DNA of 64,000 nucleotides from Acanthaster planci (Eukaryota): NCBI RefSeq assembly GCF_001949145.1, contig NW_019091355.1, positions 5,667,068 to 5,731,067 of the forward strand, read 5' to 3'. Shown piece by piece: positions 1 to 12,004 of this stretch (position 1 is its first letter; each line of letters starts with the position of its first letter). The notes under the pieces were generated by a model. It saw only the letters and a program-made list of their open reading frames with translations, ran no database searches and was not told where the DNA came from. The position numbers and the translations under genes were made by a program.

Positions 1-551
1 GATCAGTGCACAGGACTGCTTTCCATGAAGACCCTCAGATTTACAACCTTGTCGAAGGGTGATTAGGGTCGACAATTATTATCTCAGGATGTCGTCATCC
101 AAATGGGGGAAAATGATTTCCATTCTTGAAGAAAGACTAGCCCTCATCTTATACCTCGTTAATACTTGTTGAAATGTCAAAGTTTATTTTGTTTGGAAGC
201 AAATCATCAAGAGCTGCGGTAGCCTTTTTTAAAGTCTGGTTGCCCCAGCGTATTGTGTACAAAATCTCATCCGGCCGGATGTAAACAGATGACAAAAGAA
301 ATGCCATGTTAATTGCATTGTCTTCCATAAATCAGACGCTACGGTTTATAATTTATGGACTGTTCTATTTCATTTTCAAATAAAAGAACCTCAAGGTTGC
401 ACATCTTGGATCAAAGTTTTCGCTGGCAGAAATTTGGAATTTTTGGTTTCTCCTGAAAGCAAAATCTAAATTTCTTGTTTGAAGAAATTTGCAAATTTTG
501 GTTGAGCATGAAAGTATAACCCAAATTTCTGCAAGCAAAAGTGTACATTGT

Positions 552-1098
552 GGGTGTCCATTATGCAGGACGAAAGTGACCATCTGCTTTTCTGCTATAA
601 GAATTGTAGAAAAGCAGATTTTACGTCTTTGTAACATGCAATTTTTTATTTTTCTACTTTTCTGCTACCTCAAAAGCAGAATGGCCATTTTATTGTAATG
701 CATTTTCCCCTTTTCTGCTGCTACTAAAGTAGTTTCACTTTTCCCCTTTTTTTTCATGGCGGCTGAAAAGTAGCCATCTGCTTTTTACCTGTCAAACAAG
801 CAGGGAAGTGGATTGAACGTTTTGACGACAACCGTGAATTCAACTTTTCTGCCTGTTCGAAAGGAGAAAAGCAGATGGCCGCTTTTTGGCCACCTGAAGA
901 AGAAGTAAAATCTGCTTTTCTGGAATCAGAAAAGCAGAAAAATAGAAAAATGCATAAACAAACAATGTTCGTTCTGCTTTTTGAAGTAGCAAAAATGTAG
1001 ACAACTCGAAATGCATGTTATCAGAACATAAAATCTGCTTTTCTACCAATCTGATAGCAGATAAGCAGATGGCCAGTTTTCGTCCTCCATTGTCCACT
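552..1098. mobile_element. MITE-like element with long imperfect inverted arms
   Basis: AGGACGAAAGTGACCATCTGCTTTTCTGCTAT...GTAGAAAAGCAGATTTTA from about 567 is mirrored by TAAAATCTGCTTTTCTAC...ATAGCAGATAAGCAGATGGCCAGTTTTCGTCCT ending about 1087; internal AAAAGCAGA motifs in both orientations; ends approximate. Confidence 0.7.
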
Positions 1099-1533
1099 TT
1101 AACCCTAACCCCCTAGGCTCCTGCACTAGAAAGCATATTGAATCTCACAAAATCCAACAGGTTCATGTACTTGTCTATGTACTTGTACATGCAGGTTAGT
1201 GTACCAAACCTGATAAACTCCAACAAAATGAGCCCGTTGGAGTTTGAGTGATATGGTATGGATGGGTCTACGCAGTATAGGATGACTTGCACTGAACAGT
1301 ACCAAACCTGACAAAATCAAGCATAGTCCAACAATTGGTACAGCAAGCCAGACACTGCACACAGTGACCCGTGCGTGTCCCAACTCACACAGAATCCAAC
1401 ACCATCTCCCTGGGCCTTTCATCCCAAGTCTCACAAAATTCAACTACAAGTTCCTCAGGTACGGTACCAAACCTACCAAAACCTCACAAAACCTGCTGTT
1501 GGAGTATGGCAGGTTTTGGGCAGTTAGGGTTAA
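1099..1533. mobile_element. Non-autonomous piggyBac-type element (TTAA-CCCTAAC...GTTAGGG-TTAA)
   Basis: TTAA at 1099-1102 and 1530-1533 flanking inverted CCCTAAC/GTTAGGG termini; internal GTACCAAACCT repeats. Confidence 0.55.
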
Positions 1534-2015
1534 GGAGTAGAAGCAAAATCCAAATTTACTTGTAGTAAATTCTGGTAGTATTATTAGAAAATTGGGTTTT
1601 CCACATTTGGAGCATCGTAGCAATTTTGGCTAAGAGTAATTGGAAGTTTCTACTTGTCCTTTTTTGGGTCGCCGTGAGAGTCGTCAAAATTAAACGAAAA
1701 TTTCTGCTAGCAGAAAACTGAGTTTTTAAACATATTCAATACGAAATCTACTAAGATGAAATGAGAAAATTGGACAGTTCACTTTTGGATTATCACATTC
1801 ATTTTTGGTGGGAATTTGAAGTTTCTAGTGGTCCACTTTCATGGCATTAAATAGGGGACCAAAAGCGGTGTTGTAAAAGCCTAGGGGACCCTAGGAAAAC
1901 GCTTCACAAAATACATTTATCAAACATAACATCTGAAGACAGAGCATTGATTTAGAAAGTAAACATAAAGAAAAAACTGGTATTTAGAAACTACCTGTTA
2001 GTTGCGTCTAAATTA

Positions 2016-5000
2016 CTACTGGAACAATGAAGGCTCTCGTTCGTCCCCAACATTTCGCTTTCTCCTACCTAGAAAATATCGAAAAGAAACTAGATTAATT
2101 CTGTTTTCACAGATCAATGAAAACTCGTCAGAAATAGGACAGGGAAATGACTTCGAAATGACGGGGGCGGAGGGGAGAGTGAGATTGGATTTGTTTGTTT
2201 TTGTTTTTTTGAAAGTGTCTCTTTAATTAATAAAGCAGCTGTTTAACTCACATTGTTGCGTTTGGAGACACTCCTGTACCTGTTGCCGGATCACGCGAAA
2301 GCCGCAGGAACGGCAACTACCTGCGTGAAGAGCCAAGGTGACCTTTAATGTTTACTTTCCAAAGTATGAAGATTTGGCATTCGTAAAGTGAGGCATAATG
2401 ACTAACCTGCAACCTTAGCCGAATACTGTGTCCTGCAGGGCCCAACGCACGAGTTTTCGAGAAACCCACGCCATCCTTAGTATTATCACCAAGTTTATCT
2501 ACAGCGATGATGAGCGCATGTTCGTATTTATGTCAAGCTGTGGGCTTCGGTGCGAAGCTTTTCAATACACTTGTAGAATAAGAGGGAGACTTATATGTAC
2601 ATTTGAACTTGTGTTGAAGGTGTATGTATTTTAGGACATTTTGTTATTCCCTCACGTATTTTGAACAGCCCGAATATTCCAATGGCCTACAAGACGGAAT
2701 TTGTAAAACATGCCTTTTGCAATTAAGACTTTGTAGATTTATGATGGTGAAAAAGCCGAGACTTGAATTTTAAACGAGAATGTTTTAGAACGCAAAACCG
2801 TTGGTTGACCATAAGAACAAAACCAATGACGTGTTGAAACATCTCCTTCAAATGTTAAAACACTAAACAGTAAATAGTTGTACGAACGTTAACTTCCAAT
2901 AATAATTCCTAGCGATTTAATAATGACACTGTAAAATGTGCATTGTGAAGCAGAAATTGCTGTCACTAGGACTGAATTTTCTGCAAACTTTGGCTGTGAA
3001 TACAAAATGTTGGTCAATGTCTGTAAGGCCCCCCCCAAAAAAAATAAAGCTCGGTCTCTGGTCAGACTAAAGCTCCAGAATTGATGCAGCGACGCGGGGT
3101 TTTTTAGTTAAGGGATGGGGGTGGCTTTTTAAGACTTGCGGACACAGAAATGAGCGGCATATTGGATCATAGAGCAAAGGCTAGTAATAACACGTCGCAC
3201 GTCATACCACCAGTGTTGTTGATCAGCTGGCTGTAACTTTGTAACCTACCCATGGTCTACTGTTTGTGCTCGACATCATGATCATGCAGTCGTAACGGGT
3301 CTATCACCGGGTACGAACTACCTACGAATTAGCAAATTACCCTTCTGACGTGTAGACTTGTGGCCAGGATATATACTAGCAATCAATCTACTGTACTTGC
3401 GAACGTGCAGGCAGTGCGGAAATAGAGGGCGCTGTTTTAAGACTTTTGAGAAAAAACGGGAAAAATTGACGCGCACTTTCAAAATCGACACCCGCGCTGA
3501 CCAGAGACTGATTTTGTTGGCCTGAAGAAAAGAAAGGTCTATAAAAACTCTCTAAATTCGTCACCAACACCACGAAGTAACACAAATCTATAGATGTGTG
3601 CGCGCTTCAACTCGTATTTTATAGAAATGTGATATTTTCGTTTTCACGAAGAGGCACAAATGTCTTGTGATACGAGCTCCGTGATTTGCCATATTCAGAA
3701 ATTGACGTTCTCCTTAATTTACACAGTTACGAGTTTTAAGAGCATTTTTTTCACCCATTTACGGGTAAAGTAAAATCTTATTGAACATTTAAAGCTTTTT
3801 TCTATTCTACATTGACAAAACACACATTTGTGCTTCTTCGTGAAAACGAGATTGTTCGATAATGCACGAGTGTACAATATGCGTTGTACATTTGTGTCAC
3901 TTCGTGAAACCAAAACTGCTCTAATCAGGCTTTTCATGAATTGGCACAAAAGTGAAGATGTGTGTCAGTTCGTGGTGTTGGTGACCAATTAAAGGAGCCC
4001 CCATGAGGGGAAAGGCACTCATTATAAAACTTACTGGAGTTAGAACAGGGCGGTAACTGTGAAAATGGTAACTTGTTACAAAACACGGGACTGTGGCTAA
4101 GGACGGACACTTGCGACAAAATATAGGGAAGGATGAATACCGTCCTTATCAGCCCTGATGCTACACCACTAAAGAACTCACCAGTTGGTGATGGTGCCGA
4201 TTCGATGCATCTTCGTCTAACCTCACTAAAACTGCAGTAAGAGCCACAATCTAAAAATGAAAACAAAATCTCGTGATTCTTCGGTGTGGCATAGAGGGTA
4301 TGTGCTGAATGTGGAAAGTCTGAAAATCATTACCGGTGACAGTGCATTCCACAACAAAACCCTGAAGTAACACTAGACACCATTTTTATTTTCTCATATT
4401 CGTTGAAAAATAAATGTGCATTAGTGAGATGATTGAAGGCTCTTTGAATCTGATCCAAGGCAATTACAATCTGTAATGTTGATATTGGACTAAACACTGG
4501 TTCATATACTTTTGGCGACGTTTAAAAGAAGCGACTGGGATGTCTCTTGAGTTGAAATGTGTTCAACTTTTGAAAATTCGCAGCACGAATTTTATAACTN
4601 NNNNNNNNNNNNNNNNNNNNNNNNNNNNNNNNNNNNNNNNNNNNNNNNNNNNNNNNNNNNNNNNNNNNNNNNNNNNNNNNNNNNNNNNNNNNNNNNNNNN
4701 NNNNNNNNNNNNNNNNNNNNNNNNNNNNNNNNNNNNNNNNNNNNNNNNNNNNNNNNNNNNNNNNNNNNNNNNNNNNNNNNNNNNNNNNNNNNNNNNNNNN
4801 NNNNNNNNNNNNNNNNNNNNNNNNNNNNNNNNNNNNNNNNNNNNNNNNNNNNNNNNNNNNNNNNNNNNNNNNNNNNNNNNNNNNNNNNNNNNNNNNNNNN
4901 NNNNNNNNNNNNNNNNNNNNNNNNNNNNNNNNNNNNNNNNNNNNNNNNNNNNNNNNNNNNNNNNNNNNNNNNNNNNNNNNNNNNNNNNNNNNNNNNNNNN

Positions 5001-5561
5001 NNNNNNNNNNNNNNNNNNNNNNNNNNNNNNNNNNNNNNNNNNNNNNNNNNNNNNNNNNNNNNNNNNNNNNNNNNNNNNNNNNNNNNNNNNNNNNNNNNNN
5101 NNNNNNNNNNNNNNNNNNNNNNNNNNNNNNNNNNNNNNNNNNTGCATCGTTTGAAAGTTTTTAAAAAGTCAAATATACACACCAAAGAAAAGATTTTGAC
5201 ATTGCGTCGGCAGTAGCACCTCATAGACTGTTTTTTGTGTGTTTAGTTAGTTTTGTTTTAAGTTTAAGAGTTCAACATTCAAAATAACGGATGTTGTGGG
5301 TTTAAGGAAAAGCACCCTAAACTTCGTCCAAAGACGAGCGAAGCAATCGTTGATCGTGCATGAAGAATTCGAATGAAACTGAAATTAAAGTCTTTGGAAC
5401 ACATGTCTGGTTTTATTTGTAATATTCAAATAACTGAAGACTTAAAAAACGCTTTTTTAGAAGACTTCTTGGAAGAAAGAATGTATATACTCACCATGTT
5501 GGCTGAAAGCAAAGACGAACAACATCGCAAAGCATCCCAAAACAACCAACCACTTTGCCAT
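2016..5561 (-). CDS. Small secreted cysteine-rich peptide precursor (at least 85 aa), family unknown; micro-exon gene
   Basis: Exons 5561-5495 (MAKWLVVLGCFAMLFVFAFSQH, donor GTGAGT), 4250-4182 (DCGSYCSFSEVRRRCIESAPSPT, acceptor tttcatttttAG, donor GTGAGT), 2320-2252 (GSCRSCGFRVIRQQVQECLQTQQ, acceptor cttcacgcAG, donor GTGAGT), 2068-2016 (CRRKRNVGDEREPSLFQ*, acceptor atattttctAG, TAG TAA). All three introns are phase 1 and join in one open frame (258 nt). The N-gap 4600-5142 may hide further exons. Confidence 0.72.
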
Positions 5562-5776
5562 CGTGCTGACTGTGAAAGTTGAAACGCGCGCAGGGAGAGA
5601 TTTCTTGGCGAGTGTTGAGGGTTTCACCTTCCAGTCCATTAAAAGCCAGTTTGGTGAAACTCACTGCGCGTGCGCACAGCAGAGTTCGATGTTTCCCCGA
5701 AAGCACGTATGATAAATAGGTAAGTTGAATTCTCAGCAGCTGAATTTCCAAAAAAATATAAAGACAAATGTAATAC

Positions 5777-7279
5777 GAATCTGGTCCGGAAGATAGAACG
5801 CATATGGTAAGTACGGGAACTCCAAGTTAGTATTTTCCAATGAATTCCTCGGTTATCAAAGAGTCGAGCTCAATTGAATTCTATGTCCATATTTCAGAGA
5901 AAAGAGAAACCTGACGGGGTGGTCTTTCTCGCATTCTGAAAACTGAAGATGCAATAGATATCAACATGTTAAATAAATAAGCTCTAAGAGTCCCCTGCGG
6001 TGCAACTGGGGAGGTGGAGTTTGAGCGTCATGAGCGGGGGGGGGGGTTCCGGTCCCAGGCCTCACCCTTCCCCAAGACAAATCATGTGTTCGCCACTTGA
6101 AGGAAGACTTTTTGGGAAGACAGGCTCGTATAATGTCAGCCTCTTGAATTTTAGTCCTAAGGCTGTCGGAATATGGAACTGTGAATCGGCAAAAATCACC
6201 TGCCCTTGATGTACAAATGAGATTGTAACCTTTGATTTCGCTACGTGCTTTGTCAAAAAGAATGACATCCTTATCTAAATAGAGACATTACAAACAAGGG
6301 ATATATTTGAGCCATGTAGCGATTCTTTTGTGCATTCTTCAATAAAAAGAAATGGTGAGCTATAAAAATTATCTGTATCATGTGTACTCCGTACAACCCC
6401 CCACCCATCTTCGACCGACCGAGCTCCTAATGTTTTTTATGTGAGGGCAACACAGTTTTTCTTATACAACACACTTTCTGATATGTTTACAGGGCATGGC
6501 TTTGATTGCACTTTTTTCTCATCAGCCAATCTACCCTCTGCCAAACAAATGTTTTCCTTTTCCGGACTACTGCAGTTAGAAACAGGTGGCGGTACAGGAC
6601 GGTACCGAGTGTGTTCTGATGATAGCAATCACAAGCCGATTCCTGCACGCCGCTTTCAAAGAAATGACGTCAAAATATCTGGCGTAGTGCACTGCATTTC
6701 CAATCATTCAGCATTGTTATAAAATAACATGATCCTGCCGAACCACTGTATAAGGCAAATGACCATACAACTTTACTTGGAAGTATAAACCATGTTTCCT
6801 TTCGTTGTTCAACGTTATAAATGTGACAAGAATCCGGTCCAGAAGGCAGAAAGCATAAGATAACAACGGGAACCCCAAGTCAGTACTTTCCAGTGAATGC
6901 CTTTTTTATAAAACGAGTTCTGTCAAGGGTTAAAAGTCGAGCTCAATTCAATTTTTTTCAGAAAGAACGAAAAACTGGGGGTCTTTCTTTCCGAAAACTA
7001 ATATACACCCACATCTTAAACTACCAGCTCTGATATAGCCGTACATCCCAGTCCCGTGTGTGTGGTGCAACCGGGGGGGGGGCTTGAGCAGTTGAGGTAA
7101 ATTCTGGTCTGAGGCCCCCCTCCCTGGGAGAAATCCTGGGTTAGCTACTTGGAGGAAGACTATTTGGAAAGGCAGGCTCCCAAACGTCGGTCTCCTCAAT
7201 TTCAGTCCAAGACTGATGAAATGTAGGAATATGAATCGGTGTTTATCACGTCTTTCATGTACAACCATGAGATTGTAAC
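5777..7279. repeat. Diverged direct duplication, two ~450-bp copies (5777-6229 and 6830-7279)
   Basis: Collinear shared blocks: GAAT(C/C)(T/C)GGTCC, ACGGGAAC(T/C)CCAAGT, AGTCGAGCTCAATT, GGAAGACT, CAGGCTC, TGAATCGG, ATGAGATTGTAAC. Confidence 0.8.
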
Positions 7280-9522
7280 AGTGTTTATGCTAGCCCCCCC
7301 CCCGAGTTTAGTAATAACACGTGATGCACGACACTGAGTACTCGGCTAATCCTCTGCTTTTCGTCATTTTCTATGACAGGATCAATATATGGTTTCGATG
7401 CATCGTAAATTTTAATGACATGCTATGGGAGTGACTAGCAGACACAAAATGACGTGAGCATGTATGTTGTCATTACCTATTCTCAGATTAACAGGGGAAG
7501 GCCAACCAAATATCATTACAAAATCTGTGTATTTCTCATCGCTTGCATAATCATTTGATTCATGGATATGGAAAAAGCAAAAATTCACCTCCAAATATAC
7601 ATTACGAAAACNNNNNNNNNNNNNNNNNNNNAAATAACGAAGGCGACCTCAATAAAATCACGACAAGACACAATGGTACATGTCCAAGATTAAATTGAAA
7701 TATAACCACATGACCCCTCAGACACAGTGCAAGCGTCAACAACTAGTACGAGGTTGTGACAGTAACGGTACCAGACATCCTGTGTGGAGTTTGCATGTGT
7801 CATGAATGTATGCATTTCTATTTGTGATACTGCAAATAATACCAGGAAATTTCTCATCAAAAGCACACATAACACTTACCATACTGAGATGTTCAGATTT
7901 ATCAATTTATTTGGAAACGTAGCATGCCTTTTTGGTATGCCATAATTTATGTGAGAATCCGCTCTTCGATATTGGATTTCGTTTTAACAGGGAGTTAAAA
8001 AAAGTCTGTTTCACCCCAAAATCTGAAAATCTCTGGTGGGGTTTTTCCTCTTTGTCAATATTTTTAATGCGAAATATTCTGCATTTCGTAACATAAACGC
8101 TAATTTTACCATGTACCAGCAAACGGATGACGCGTGGTTGTCGAGACCTGGGGCATCGTAGACCACATGGTGCATTGTACAATGTATCGCATTGAGTTGG
8201 CACGTGCAAGCATATGCACTTATTTTGACCCTAAAATGAAAATGTGCTCTGTACCAGTCGAGTTGAGTAGTTGGAGATGGTAATCAAAATGAAATTAATA
8301 ACCAAATATTAATCAAATTAATCACTTATGCTTCAGTTGCATAGATGACGTCAAATTTAGAAAATGAAAATTTCAAAGATTTAAATAACAAAAACAGTGA
8401 CGTGACGAAAATCAATCTTCTGCAAAATCACGGTTTCAAAATTTGGTTCGTTGGTACCCGTTATTTACTTTATACACTGATACGCCTACTCGTCCGAAAT
8501 ATCCAAGACGCCGATGTTGGGAACGAAGCAACCAGCTTATTGCGTTCCATATAGCTACAGATTTAAAGGACTATTTTTTCTAATGTATTCAACTACAGCA
8601 ACACCAAGCATCCAGATGGTATTTCGTCAGATGTTTCGATTGTTATGTCCCATGTGTTTACTAAGTGTGGCTTAATTTCGATAAATTCTTCTCATTAGCC
8701 AGTCTGCTCTCTGCCAAGTACAAGTTTTTACCGAGTACATGTCTATTCCTTTTCTGTACAACTGCAGTTATAAACATGAACCTGTTTATGATGTTACCAA
8801 GTGTTTCTTAGACGAAACAGCATCTGTTTAGGAATTTTGTGACCGGCTTTTCTACAACAATGCATTTTGGCACATCATCGTATCTGCAAGGTGCATTTTG
8901 CATACAACTCATCTTCAAAAGACTGTGCCCATATTTGGTAACTTTATTCATTCTTGTTATGTTATACCAACATGTGTGTCCGTCAAGCTCTTTGTTTGTC
9001 GAAGCTGTAGTTACGGAGGCTTAAGAGGCAATTTCTTTGCTTTAATAGATTATCAAGGAAACTGAGATATTGCACACCTTTTGATGTACGATATCGGGAA
9101 ATGTGTCGTACCAAGATGGAATACAGAAAAAGACACCTTTTCACGATAGAGCATTACAAAACACGTATACAATGGCTCAATGGTTTTAATGGTGAACGTT
9201 GCAATATGTCACCGTTAACCTCAACAATTGCAATGTGGACGTTCACCTCACAATGCTAATGATGTAATTTGCTCATTGCCGTTATGTGAAACTTGATCCT
9301 TTTGGATGTAAATGATCCATCTTGCTTGTGCAACATTTCAGTCATGTCAACGGTGATCATGAATCACGCTTAAGGACAATGCTCGATTCTGCTGTAGTTT
9401 GAACCACTAAGGCAGCTCAGCAGCGTTGTTAGACCTTGCATCTACTTGTCGCTAATGATAAACCCTGCTCGATTGCAAGGGAAAACCCATTTTGGGGGAA
9501 TTACGAGATTGTGTACGTAACC

Positions 9523-10216
9523 CAGTGGCGTAAATTGTGCTGGAAATTGGGGGATGGAGGATGGGGAATTTTTTAGGGGGGGGGGAGCGTGCCCGGCCAT
9601 GGAAAGCGGGGAGGGGAGTGCCATCACATGACACTGTATCGGAGGCAATGTTCATGATACAGGTGTACATCTGTAATGTATTACATTCACGCAGAATCTC
9701 ACATCAGAACGGCATATTAAAAACTATTCTCCCTTTTTGAGTGATATTAAATACATTTTGGTCATAGGCAAGTCCAACAAATTCTTCGCAATCCACTTGA
9801 ATTTCTCCTCACCACAAAAAAGGGGGTTGATGATTCAATTGCCCCCCTCCGGTCCAAATGTGTGGGGTGGGGGTATATACCACCCGATTCGACTACCCAC
9901 CGCTACTTATAAGTAGGGCTTGCATTCCAAATACGCCATGCTATAAGCATGTTGGTATCATAGGATCGTAGCAGGGCTGCGTTCGCCACACTTGTAAGCA
10001 GGGCATGAAAAGCGCCCTCACTTGCCACACGACAGACAGCCACTACTGCGGTGCTTAAGCTAAAATTGGTCTAGCTTTAATACAAGCCATGCTACGATCC
10101 TATGATACCAACCTACTAATAGCATGGCGTATTTGGTGTGCAATCCTACTTATAAGTAGCGGTGAGTAGTCGGATCGGGTGCATACACCCCCTATCCCCC
10201 GAGATCTGCGCCCTTT
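9523..10216. mobile_element. hAT-like MITE (CAGTGGCGTA... terminus) carrying a nested insertion
   Basis: Left end CAGTGGCGTAAAT, right end ATCTGCGCCCTTT (degenerate inverse), G-rich/C-rich subterminal tracts; no clean TSD. Confidence 0.45.
9881..10181. mobile_element. MITE with ~90-bp terminal inverted repeats
   Basis: CACCCGATTCGACTACCCACCGCTACTTATAAGTAGG...GTTGGTATCATAGGATCGTAGCA mirrored by TGCTACGATCCTATGATACCAAC...CCTACTTATAAGTAGCGGTGAGTAGTCGGATCGGGTG. Confidence 0.85.
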
Positions 10217-12004
10217 TAAAGCTGTCTGAGATACGGGAATAATTTTGGTGTTTTGATGTATGAAAACACCAAAATTATCGTATTACCATACTGGAAGGAA
10301 AATGAAACAGACGGACAGAAAAAAATCTCTCTCGCATTTTTTTTCAAAAATATTCGTTTGTGATATTAATGATGTGCACTGTACATTTTGAGACGTAGGC
10401 CTACTGTCCTCGTACACCATAGCTGAGTAAAGCCAGGCTGTGGCATCTCCAGACTTGCTGTTATTAAAAACCGGACCTTTCAGATATTCAAGTTTTATCT
10501 CATTACTGTGTATCTCGCTAGAACTCCCTACCTGCAAACCGCTTCGCTTCCAACTCTTAACCTTTTACATTTTAAACCTCAGGCTGTGGGTAAAAGCATT
10601 CGAGAGCCCATAAAGCATTACAACCTTTGATTGGATTAGCCTGCCTTTTATTTCTCCTTTTTTGAGCAGGTGGTTCTTGTCTGATCATTACAAGTATCTG
10701 TCGTAATGCGGAATGCTGCTTTTTCATAGAGTTTTTACCTTTGTCGTGGTTTCACTAGCACTGATCACTAGCGTCTGTCCGAGAGCCCGTGAGTGAAATT
10801 CACGAGGGAACTATGATGGGCCTTGAACCTACGACATCAGTGAAGACGTTTCATTTGGGAACTTTATTTAAAAAAAAAATCGCAAGCAGTCCGAGGTTGT
10901 AGGTTAGAATTCAACATAAGGGGGCTTGTGATTTTTTCTGGTGTCCTTTGACAATGTCAACATTGAGAAACACATTTACCTTGGAGTTTATATGTCACTG
11001 TCTTGAGAGCATTTCATCGTTAAACAATGAAACTTCACCACCTAAATACACAAAGAAAATATTTCAATCAATCAAGTAACTTTATCGTCCCATATAAACT
11101 TTCATTTGATGATAAGGCTGATCCCGGATCAGCTAAGCTAACTTTTACACAATAAACCTGTAATGATTTCATCTTTTTGAATTACTTAATAGACTCTATA
11201 ATAAAGTGTTATTATTATTATTGTTATTATCTTATTTACCCTGATACCCATTCAGTACAAAAACTGACCCTCAATGGATCCCAGCAAGTACAATAGTTAA
11301 AAATTATAAAATACACTGAAAGTGACTAATAGAAATACGAAATAATACGAAAATAATTAAAATAATAATAAATGTTAAAAAAATAAGCAGAAACAGAAGT
11401 GTGTGTTACAGCTACAAAATACATACGTTGAAATTTATGACCCCAAATTCGAACCACTACACAAACAAGCGATGCCTACAGACGGTGCACTCAACTGATA
11501 TATATGTAAATTAAGAATGGTTAAAATGAGAAAAAATGTACTTGAATTAAGCCATCTCAAACGCGAGGTAGGCCTATAGTTATTTTGTGTTTTTAACAAA
11601 CAGTTGGCAAATTTTTATGTCTTCATATCACATTAACCTAAGGCCTGATTGGTTATATCAAAATAGAGAAACACAGAAACGAACTTGATTCATGACGAAT
11701 CCTATCTGCAGCCAACAGATTATGTATAGAACACTCTCATTTTGCCACAACTTGTATGGGCGACCAAAGTTTACAGAAATACATATATCACCTTTCGGTT
11801 GGTTGTCAATTTTACCCCAAATTCGTTCAAAACGGACAAGTAGGGCCTATCTCATTAGATCTAAATAGAGTTGTATTTTGATTTAGTATTTAGGGGTTCT
11901 GACAGCTGCATGGGATTTTTAACACTTTGTAAATAGTTTAAGTAGCCACTGGAAGGAAAACATGAATATGACGTCAAAAGAACAGATCCTATTCATGTTT
12001 CCTC

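Noticed and set aside
4540..5224. Long ORFs of about 200 aa in the track
   Set aside because: Artefacts of the N-gap 4600-5142.
8800..9420. LINE endonuclease remnant
   Set aside because: Only faint motif echoes; too degenerate to call without a database search.
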